A stretch of 32,000 nt of DNA, from assembly GCF_051201565.1 (NCBI RefSeq), contig NZ_CP179200.1, positions 1,762,441 to 1,794,440 of the forward strand. The letters are read 5' to 3'. Positions 25,087-32,000 of this stretch are shown here, one piece after another. This DNA comes from Pseudothioglobus sp. nBUS_23. GTDB lineage: Bacteria; Pseudomonadota; Gammaproteobacteria; PS1; Pseudothioglobaceae. The notes below the pieces were generated by a model. That model was given only the letters and a program-made list of their open reading frames with translations. It had not been told where the DNA came from and ran no database searches. The position numbers were made by a program, and so were the translations under genes. Positions within the stretch are counted from its first letter, which is position 1. Every line of letters begins with the position of its first letter.

Positions 25087-27558
25087 TTACAGGCTTGTTT
25101 TGTCTTTGATGATTATTTTCATAATTGCTGGCATCAGAAAAAAATCAGCTAGCAATGCAACCAATATTGCGCTTGCGGTTAAAATTCCAAAATCAAACAT
25201 GTTGTTCATCTGAGAAAAGGTAAGCACAAGAAAACCAAGAGCCAGAACAATAGATGTAAGCGTTATTGCTCTTCCAGTTCCTAGTAGTGTTAAACGAACC
25301 GCCTTGTCTACATCGTTATACTGCAACTCATACCTTCTGAAGTTGTGCATAAAGTGAACCGTATCGTCAACAGCCAGGCCTAGTGCAATAGCCCCAATTA
25401 AAAGTGTAAACATATCTAAAGGCATTTTGAAAATCACCATGATTGTTGAAAGGATAATGATTGGCAAAAGATTAGGAATCATACTAATGAGCCCAATCTT
25501 AATATTTCCAATCAATAAAACCATTAATATAGCGATAAGAGAAAATGCCAAAATATAACTCACAGCACTACTATAAATAGCCTCTTCAAAGGTCACTGTC
25601 ATGAGGGTGCCTATCCCTGTAAAGGTTACTTTTGCCAAGGAGCCAAACTTTTCGTCGAGATAAAGCTGCGCATTATCAATAAAAGTGTTTGCCTCAAGAG
25701 AGTCTATGAATGGAGTTTTTAGAGTTAGCCTGGCTTTAGAATAGTTAGAGTCAACGAGACTGGCTAAATCATTATTGCCGCTACTTTCAAACAGTAAAAA
25801 TTCTTGGGCAATAAGGTCAGGGTCGTCTGGAATAGCGTAGTATTCATCACGGTTTTCATTTAAAGCTCTATTGGTTTCTTTGATGACATCAATGTAGCTT
25901 ATGACCTTTCCAACAAACATATTTCCTGTTGAAATCGAATTGATGTTTTGAGAGACGTCATCAATAACCCTTAAGACTTCTGGATTATAGAGGCCGTTTG
26001 TTTTCTCAGTATCAATAATCACTTCTAGAGTAAGGGAGCCCTTTAAGTTTTTATCAACCTCCTCTGTTGCTATTCGTGCAAAATTATCCTCTGGGAGCCA
26101 CTGAAGCGGGAAGTGAGAAAACCTTAGTTGAGAAGCAATAATAGCTGCACATATTATTAAAACAGCGCTTAGTGAAACAATTAACTTTGGCTTGCTGGTT
26201 GCAAAAACGCTGATCCCAATAAGCGCTTTATCCATAAACGTTTGGCCATCCTTTCCTGTCCTTTGCTTGATTGGCCTAAACTTGGTTACTGAAATCAAAG
26301 ATGGAAGAAAGATTAATGTAAAAACAAGCCCAACCATTACCCCGCTACTAGCAAAAACACCAAGATCTGCTACAGGCGCCACTCCAGAAAACGAGAAAGA
26401 CCACAGGCCTACAGCAGTTGTAATTGAGGTCATTATAATCGCCAATCCAGAGTGTCCCATTGCATATCTAAGAGACTTTTTTGTATCATTGGTTGTTGCG
26501 AAATCCTTATAAAATACTGCCAGTAAGTGAATGGACGCACTTGTCACAACCGCAAGAAGAAATGTTGGCATGATTTGAGTAGCCATAGTAAATGGTGCGG
26601 AAAAAATTGACATCAGGGACACTGTCATTATTAGTGTCAATGAAACACAGGCCAATGGCAATATGACTCCGGACACCCTTCTAAATAAAGCGAACAAAAC
26701 AACCATGATAACAATCATCATTAAACTAATAAAAACAGCCGAATCATTCATAAGCGCCTGCTTAAAAATACCTGCAATTGCCGCAGAACCTGACAAGTAG
26801 ATCTCAAAATTACTGTCATTAAATCGCTCCATAATTCTTTGCGTTTCAGCAATGATTTCGTCATTTTCAGCATCAGTTAAATAGAGCCTCTGCTCACCAA
26901 GAGTATCGTCATCAAACTCCAGCCCATCATCAAACTCCAGCCCATCATCAAACTCCAGCCCATCATCAAACTCCAGCCCATCATCAAACTCAAAGCTTTG
27001 TGTCTCTTGGGGGGCGCCTGAGCTTGAATAAGTCTCTGTATCAATCGTCACTGTAGTCATAGTGAAGTCTTCACTATATAGTGAGTTTTCATAAAGACTA
27101 TTGTTAGTTACTGTTTCTTTAAGCTTAATGAGGTCATCTTTATTTTTTGGCAAGCTGTCTATTAAGGGCTCAACAATAAGCTCTCCCTCAATTCCGTAAG
27201 TATTTCTTGCATTAATTAGTGAGTCGACCGCCTTAATATTTGGCAGTTCATTCTCTAAGGCATGGTGAAAATTATCGAGTTTTTCTAAAAAATTAAGATC
27301 AAAGATGTTATTTGTTTTAACGGCGATCATTAGCTTTTCATCACGACCAAATTGGTCTCTGAAAACATCGTACTCAACCCTCATTGGGTCTGTTTTATGC
27401 AAAAAACCTTCAGTAGTTGTGTCCACCTTTAGAGAAGGCAATTGAGATCCAATTGCAACTACTAATACAAAAATCGCTAGGATCATTTTCTTAGCGTTAT
27501 CAAAAATCCAGTCAGAAAAGTTCTCTAATTTATTTTCAGTTCTTGTGCGCCAGTTCAT
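25087..27558 (-). CDS. RND-superfamily / MMPL-type membrane transporter (predicted exporter, COG1033-like)
   Basis: 823 aa. Two-fold pattern of 1 TM + large loop + 5 TM, repeated twice, typical of MMPL/HpnN-like RND proteins. Substrate unknown. Confidence 0.75.
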   Translation of the reverse strand: MNWRTRTENKLENFSDWIFDNAKKMILAIFVLVVAIGSQLPSLKVDTTTEGFLHKTDPMRVEYDVFRDQFGRDEKLMIAVKTNNIFDLNFLEKLDNFHHALENELPNIKAVDSLINARNTYGIEGELIVEPLIDSLPKNKDDLIKLKETVTNNSLYENSLYSEDFTMTTVTIDTETYSSSGAPQETQSFEFDDGLEFDDGLEFDDGLEFDDGLEFDDDTLGEQRLYLTDAENDEIIAETQRIMERFNDSNFEIYLSGSAAIAGIFKQALMNDSAVFISLMMIVIMVVLFALFRRVSGVILPLACVSLTLIMTVSLMSIFSAPFTMATQIMPTFLLAVVTSASIHLLAVFYKDFATTNDTKKSLRYAMGHSGLAIIMTSITTAVGLWSFSFSGVAPVADLGVFASSGVMVGLVFTLIFLPSLISVTKFRPIKQRTGKDGQTFMDKALIGISVFATSKPKLIVSLSAVLIICAAIIASQLRFSHFPLQWLPEDNFARIATEEVDKNLKGSLTLEVIIDTEKTNGLYNPEVLRVIDDVSQNINSISTGNMFVGKVISYIDVIKETNRALNENRDEYYAIPDDPDLIAQEFLLFESSGNNDLASLVDSNYSKARLTLKTPFIDSLEANTFIDNAQLYLDEKFGSLAKVTFTGIGTLMTVTFEEAIYSSAVSYILAFSLIAILMVLLIGNIKIGLISMIPNLLPIIILSTIMVIFKMPLDMFTLLIGAIALGLAVDDTVHFMHNFRRYELQYNDVDKAVRLTLLGTGRAITLTSIVLALGFLVLTFSQMNNMFDFGILTASAILVALLADFFLMPAIMKIIIKDKTSL
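26908..26997 (-). repeat. 18-bp in-frame tandem repeat, 5 copies (4 near-perfect + 1 diverged), encoding SFEFDD-(GLEFDD)4
   Basis: The plus strand reads (A/G)TCATCAAACTCCAGCCC x4 followed by ATCATCAAACTCAAAGCT. It lies in the first large extracytoplasmic loop of the transporter. Confidence 0.95.
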
Positions 27559-27695
27559 ATTTATAGAATAATTTAAAATTCAGATGCTAGAAGACTTGAG
27601 TCGATTCAAGCCAAGATATTATAGTGAAGTATATATAGGTGTTTGTTTAAAACACAAGCAAAAACATGTAGCTGCATTTGTGCAAGGCCTTTTTC

Positions 27696-28604
27696 TTACA
27701 GGGGCTCTATTAGTTTTTCTTTGTCTTCTGCTTGTCCGTCATTATTTTTCATAACACGCCAAGACACAAAGAGGCCACTTCCCATAATAACAAAAAGCCC
27801 AATAATTGCCTGAAGATTTGGAATATAACCAAAGACAACGTAGCTCAAAGCAATGGCACCAACAATTTCAAAATAATTAAAAGGACTTAGTTCAGAAGCG
27901 CTTGCGAACTCGAAAGCTTTAATAATAAAGAAATGTGATGCTGCAGCAAAAAAACCCATGGCTGCACCCAGCAACATACCCTTCAAGTCGGGCGCCGTCC
28001 AAGAAAACAAAGCTAGGGGCAACATAATTGCAATTCCAACAACTGCCGAATAAAAAAGAGTTAGGACGGGAGGCGCCTTAAAGGAAAGTTTTTTTGTAAA
28101 GATAATATAGAGAGCATAACAAATGCCCGCAACTACTGCTAAAAGAAGACTTGGCTTAAACTCTTCACTTGAAGGCTGCAGAACAACAACTACGCCAAAA
28201 AACCCTACTACCACTCCAGCCCCAATAAACAAATCAAATCGCTCTCCCAATAAAGCTGGCGAAAGCATAGCTACCACCAAAGGAGAGATAAAAAGCAGGG
28301 TCAGCGCGTTAGGAATAGGGTTAGACTTTATGGCTGCAAAGAAGAAAAGCGTTGCTAGGGTTAACATGAGCCCCCTCATGAACTGAAGGCCTAAGCTCTC
28401 TGGAACCCTCTTCCACTGGACTTGCTGCCATAGTATTATGGGTATCAACCAGCAAGCATGGAAAAAAAACCGGGTCCACGTAACCTGCATCACAGAATAA
28501 TCCTCACTCAAAAGTTTTGCAAAGACATCTAAAAAAGGAACAGTGCTCATGCCCAAAAGCATCAAGCCTATCCCCTTAAGGACGGTTTTATTCAGAAGGC
28601 TCAT
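27696..28604 (-). CDS. DMT-superfamily (EamA-like) transporter
   Basis: 302 aa with about 10 hydrophobic segments in the duplicated 5+5 pattern typical of EamA-domain proteins. Confidence 0.8.
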   Translation of the reverse strand: MSLLNKTVLKGIGLMLLGMSTVPFLDVFAKLLSEDYSVMQVTWTRFFFHACWLIPIILWQQVQWKRVPESLGLQFMRGLMLTLATLFFFAAIKSNPIPNALTLLFISPLVVAMLSPALLGERFDLFIGAGVVVGFFGVVVVLQPSSEEFKPSLLLAVVAGICYALYIIFTKKLSFKAPPVLTLFYSAVVGIAIMLPLALFSWTAPDLKGMLLGAAMGFFAAASHFFIIKAFEFASASELSPFNYFEIVGAIALSYVVFGYIPNLQAIIGLFVIMGSGLFVSWRVMKNNDGQAEDKEKLIEPL

Positions 28605-28670
28605 AGAATAGTGAGTAAGAAACTATGCTGATTGTACAATAACAAACAGCATTATTACAGTTAAATTAAG

Positions 28671-28755
28671 TGGTGCCGTCGGACGGAGTCGAACCGTCAC
28701 AGCTTGCGCTACAGCCCCCTCAAGGCTGCGTGTCTACCAATTTCACCACGACGGC
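28671..28755 (-). tRNA. tRNA-Leu (anticodon GAG), CCA encoded
   Basis: The reverse complement, GCCGTCGTGGTGAAATTGGTAGACACGCAGCCTTGAGGGGGCTGTAGCGCAAGCTGTGACGGTTCGACTCCGTCCGACGGCACCA, folds by hand into a cloverleaf. It has a 7-bp acceptor stem, an anticodon loop TTGAGGG, a long variable arm and a GGTTCGACTCC T-arm. Its position after secG mirrors E. coli secG-leuU. Confidence 0.93.
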
Positions 28756-28760
28756 TTAAA

Positions 28761-29090
28761 CTAATTGCTTGGAATTTCGCTCGTATCTGAATCAAAGCCG
28801 TCATCACTCATAACACTTTGGGTCATAATACTTTGCTCAGGATCTGCGGCAACTCTTTCATTTGATGCAAAGTAAGCAAGACTGATGCTTGTTACAAAAA
28901 AACCAATAGCCAAAACGGCGGTTAGTTTATATAAAAAAGAGTGTGCGCCTCTCGCACCAAAAACCGAACCGGCTGCGCCAGAACCAAATGCAGCCCCTGC
29001 ATCTGCGCCCTTGCCATGCTGGATAAGGATTAGCCCAACAAGGCCAAGAGCCAATAACACATGAATAACTAAAATAATTTGAAACGTCAT
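28761..29090 (-). CDS. secG: Preprotein translocase subunit SecG
   Basis: MTFQIILVIHVLLALGLVGLILIQHGKGADAGAAFG is the canonical SecG N-terminus. I chose the ATG at 29090, which gives 109 aa. The longer ORF to 29159 would overlap the tpiA 3' end by 68 nt. Confidence 0.9.
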   Translation of the reverse strand: MTFQIILVIHVLLALGLVGLILIQHGKGADAGAAFGSGAAGSVFGARGAHSFLYKLTAVLAIGFFVTSISLAYFASNERVAADPEQSIMTQSVMSDDGFDSDTSEIPSN

Positions 29091-29091
29091 A

Positions 29092-29838
29092 TTAACCTGC
29101 CTTACATATTTGTAAAAAATCTTCTGCCTTAAGGGCGGCGCCTCCAATGAGTCCGCCATCGATATCTGAACAAGAAATTAAATCAGCCGCATTGCCAGCA
29201 TTCATACTTCCGCCATAAAGTATGGGTGTGTTTTGAGCAATGCTCTCACTACTGCCAGCTAAAAGGTTGCGGATAAATAAATGAACAGACTGCGCCTGCT
29301 CGGGTGTCGCCGTCAAGCCTGTTCCAATAGCCCATACTGGCTCATATGCAACAATAATACCATTAAAGGCCTCAATTCCTAGGAGGCCGACCACTGCGTT
29401 AAGCTGTTCTTCAACAACAGCCTCTGTATTTCCAGACTCTCTTTCTTCAAAAGACTCTCCAACACATAGAATAGGGGTTAAGCCAGCATCAACTGCTGCT
29501 TTTGTTTTTTCTGCGACAATAGTACTTGTTTCACCATAAAGGCTTCTTCTCTCTGAATGTCCAACAAGCACGTGCTGAGCGCCAAAGTCCTTGATCATTT
29601 CTGCACTAACCTCTCCAGTAAAAGCTCCTTTTGAATTAACATTTAAGTTTTGTGCACCAAGCATTAGGTCGGAATTAATGATTAAAGCCTCTACTTGTGA
29701 GAGATATGGAAAGGGGGCGCAAACTATAACATCAGAGGAAACATCACTCATGCCTGAAAGAATTCCATTAATTAGAGAATTAACTGACTCTTTACTCGCA
29801 TTCATTTTCCAGTTTCCAGCAACTATCGTTTTTCGCAT
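29092..29838 (-). CDS. tpiA: Triosephosphate isomerase
   Basis: 248 aa with AGNWKMN, VGHSERR, YEPVWAIGTG and GGASLK-like (GGAALK) motifs. Confidence 0.95.
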   Translation of the reverse strand: MRKTIVAGNWKMNASKESVNSLINGILSGMSDVSSDVIVCAPFPYLSQVEALIINSDLMLGAQNLNVNSKGAFTGEVSAEMIKDFGAQHVLVGHSERRSLYGETSTIVAEKTKAAVDAGLTPILCVGESFEERESGNTEAVVEEQLNAVVGLLGIEAFNGIIVAYEPVWAIGTGLTATPEQAQSVHLFIRNLLAGSSESIAQNTPILYGGSMNAGNAADLISCSDIDGGLIGGAALKAEDFLQICKAG

Positions 29839-29917
29839 CCTAATTGGCCATCATAAAAAGAGGGCAATGTTACTCTAAATCACTCATAAAATCAATTAAG
29901 AAAGGGGTTTTCAGCGC

Positions 29918-31981
29918 CTATTTAAGGCTTGGCATCTCTCTCATAAACATACCTCTTTGGATGTCTTCTTCATCTGCTTCAAAGTTTTGTGCTGCCAAGT
30001 GCCCCAAATAAACTGCGTCAGCTATAAGCCCTGGAGCTTCAGCATCGCCAATGATTTTAATATTATATTGTGTTTTTCCTTCTAAATTATTTTGCATTAA
30101 GCTGTCATAAAGGGCGGTGTCTGATATACGCTCAGTCACCATAACTATAGACTCACAAGGGAGTTTTGTAATGGCGCCTGTATATGTACACTCTAACAGA
30201 GCAATTCCATCCTCTATGTTGCTAATTGATTGATTACAAATAATTTTCACTCCAGAATTAATCAACGATGCTTGGACTTTTTTTTGCTCTAGAGTTGAAT
30301 CAGTCCATGGCGAGACAACACTAGCTGGCGTTACAAAAACAACCTCAATGTTCTTGGCATTTAGATGGTCTGCAACTACTCCAGCCAAGTAGCCCTGCTC
30401 ATCGTCATAAATTACAAGCGGGCCCTTAATGTCTTTGTAGTTTTGAATAGCCTCTTCTGGAGAATAGACTTTAACGCTTTCCAGTCCTTGAATGGGCGCC
30501 CTTCTGCTTCTTCCAATTCCATCTTTTCTCCAGTTTGAGCCAGTAGCCAAAAATATATTGTTGACGCCAAACTCATTAATGTGTTCAGCTGTAAGTCTGC
30601 TCTCTTTGTAAACCTCTATGTTGCTTTTCTGAAGAATCTCATGAACCCTATTGTCAACAACTCTTTTCCATGCTGAAAGGCCCTTTAGGCTAGACTCGAA
30701 CAAAACCCTCCCACCTAGTTTGCCCTCAGCCTCAGCAAGAACCACCTGGTAACCACGTCTTGCTAGTTGAACTGTGCACTCAAGCCCTGATGGCCCAGAG
30801 CCGACAACCAATGCCCTTTGATCTGTAACCTTAGGTTTAATGTTTTCTGGGTCCCAACCTCTTCGCCACTCCTCCCCCATAGTGGGGTTTTGCGTGCAGC
30901 GAATAGGAACTGTAAAGTTGTCACTAGATACACAAATATTACAGCCAATACACTCTTTAATTTGATCTGTTTTTTGTCCTTTTATTTTGTTTGGTAAATA
31001 GGGGTCTGCAATAGAGGGTCTCGCTGCACCAATTAGATCCAAAGCGCCTCTTTCAACAAGCTTAACCATTAGATCTGGAGAAGTAAGCCTTCCAACCCCA
31101 ACCACTGGCTTGGTAGTAATGCTTTTGACAAATTCAACATATGGCATTTGGTATGCCTCTTCTGGTTGAAATCGTGAGGTTTGAGAATCGTTAGACCAGT
31201 CAGAAACGTTCACATCCCAAAGATCGGGGTGCTCTGCAAGAAGCTCAACAACTGCTCGTCCCTCTTCTTGAAACTGCATGCCATCTTTTCCTTTAAGCTC
31301 ATCGACAGCGAACCTAAAAGCAATGCCACAACTATCTCCAATAGCCTCTTTCGTTTCTTCGAGTAATTCTCTTGTTAGTCTTAATCTATTTTCTAAACTT
31401 CCGCCATATTCGTCAGATCGGTTATTCATATCGGGCAGTATAAATTGCTGGGCCACAGACATACCATGACCAGCATACACATAAACAATATCAAAACCAG
31501 CAGCCTTTGCGTTTAGGGCGGCTTGTCTATGCCACGCCCTGAAGTTCGAAATATCTTGTTTAGACATTCTTCTTGCTTGTTTTGGATATAAAAAGTTCAC
31601 CGCCTGTGCGTTTGGCGACATAGCTGGAATTCTTGAAAAAAGATTGGTTGAATTGTGGCCACTATGAGTAAGTTCAATGGCTGCTAAGGCGCCGTATTTG
31701 TGAACAGCATCAGTCATCAGCTGGAGAGCAGGAATATCTTTTTTGTCCCAAATCCTTTGTTCTGCATAAGGAGCCAAATCTGAACTTGGGTGAATCTCAG
31801 CCTCTTCTGTACTAACAACACCCCAGCCCCCCTTCGCTTTAACACCCCTCATAGCTGCATGAGCTCTAGGTCTTACATGGCCCATGCCACAACAATGTGG
31901 AACTTGATAAAAACGATTTTTTGTTACAACTGGGCCTATCTGAACAGGCTCAAAAAGTTTACTATATGGATTCTTACTCAT
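29918..31981 (-). CDS. Trimethylamine/dimethylamine/histamine dehydrogenase-family flavoprotein (OYE-like FMN domain + 4Fe-4S + ADP-binding domains)
   Basis: 687 aa. N-terminal LFEPVQIGPVVTKNRFYQVPHCCGMG closely parallels the TMADH N-terminus, including the Cys used for 6-S-cysteinyl-FMN. CIGCNICVS...IRCTQN is the cluster motif and VVGSGPSGLE the dinucleotide fold. It is less like FadH (2,4-dienoyl-CoA reductase) at the N-terminus. Confidence 0.8.
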   Translation of the reverse strand: MSKNPYSKLFEPVQIGPVVTKNRFYQVPHCCGMGHVRPRAHAAMRGVKAKGGWGVVSTEEAEIHPSSDLAPYAEQRIWDKKDIPALQLMTDAVHKYGALAAIELTHSGHNSTNLFSRIPAMSPNAQAVNFLYPKQARRMSKQDISNFRAWHRQAALNAKAAGFDIVYVYAGHGMSVAQQFILPDMNNRSDEYGGSLENRLRLTRELLEETKEAIGDSCGIAFRFAVDELKGKDGMQFQEEGRAVVELLAEHPDLWDVNVSDWSNDSQTSRFQPEEAYQMPYVEFVKSITTKPVVGVGRLTSPDLMVKLVERGALDLIGAARPSIADPYLPNKIKGQKTDQIKECIGCNICVSSDNFTVPIRCTQNPTMGEEWRRGWDPENIKPKVTDQRALVVGSGPSGLECTVQLARRGYQVVLAEAEGKLGGRVLFESSLKGLSAWKRVVDNRVHEILQKSNIEVYKESRLTAEHINEFGVNNIFLATGSNWRKDGIGRSRRAPIQGLESVKVYSPEEAIQNYKDIKGPLVIYDDEQGYLAGVVADHLNAKNIEVVFVTPASVVSPWTDSTLEQKKVQASLINSGVKIICNQSISNIEDGIALLECTYTGAITKLPCESIVMVTERISDTALYDSLMQNNLEGKTQYNIKIIGDAEAPGLIADAVYLGHLAAQNFEADEEDIQRGMFMREMPSLK

Positions 31982-32000
31982 GGCTCAGTTATACAATATT

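Noticed and set aside
28625-28652. Inverted repeat ATGCTG...CAGCAT downstream of tRNA-Leu as a terminator for the tpiA-secG-tRNA transcript
   Set aside because: The stem is only 6 bp with a 16-nt loop, and the following U-tract is poor (AGUUUCUU). It is too weak to call without 3'-end data.
28605-28760. tRNA-Leu as an integration hotspot or genomic-island boundary
   Set aside because: There is no integrase, no direct repeat of the tRNA 3' end and no phage or mobile genes on either side. The secG-tRNA-Leu arrangement is ancestral, as in E. coli secG-leuU.
29091-29159. Longer SecG ORF (132 aa) overlapping the 3' end of tpiA
   Set aside because: The conserved SecG sequence starts at MTFQIIL (ATG at 29090), 1 nt after the tpiA stop. 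The extra 23 residues are simply the reading-through frame.
1-32000. Defence systems, toxin-antitoxin pairs, prophage or secondary-metabolite clusters
   Set aside because: Every ORF over 100 aa with coding-like features is accounted for by housekeeping, transport or lipid/acyl-CoA metabolism families. Nothing resembles a nuclease, ATPase, helicase, reverse transcriptase or small toxin module.

Overview
This is an AT-rich (about 40% GC by eye), very gene-dense bacterial chromosome segment. Gene order (rplY-pth-ychF, rpsB-tsf, tpiA-secG-tRNA-Leu) and the protein sequences suggest a streamlined, probably marine, gammaproteobacterium. I can support 29 protein-coding genes and one tRNA. I found no transposase, integrase, phage gene, CRISPR array or recognisable defence gene, and most of the window is housekeeping. 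Three tightly packed accessory operons stand out. (1) 5639-13401 (+): metY, an alpha/beta hydrolase, a FadN-type dehydrogenase/hydratase, an acyl-CoA ligase and a long acyl-CoA dehydrogenase, joined by start/stop overlaps and lacking a thiolase. (2) 13478-17018 (+): a secreted protein with a (His-Asp-Glu)16 tract, a MacB/FtsX-type ABC transporter, a DUF3299-like protein and a Zur-like regulator. A 7-1-7 palindrome overlapping a promoter precedes it. It resembles the poorly understood PA4063-4066 / ZrgABCDE zinc loci and is my best candidate for an under-described system here. (3) 17025-22772 (-): an FAD oxidoreductase, DUF1365, two CFA-synthase-like methyltransferases, DUF1295 and a SOUL protein. 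This looks like a membrane-lipid modification operon resembling singlet-oxygen / furan fatty acid loci. Four genes also carry in-frame repeat or low-complexity expansions: the HDE tract, a Lys/Ala/Pro tail on S2 with an 81-bp tandem duplication, xxEFDD x5 in an RND/MMPL transporter, and an acidic tail on L25. All family assignments come from reading motifs by eye; no database search was run.
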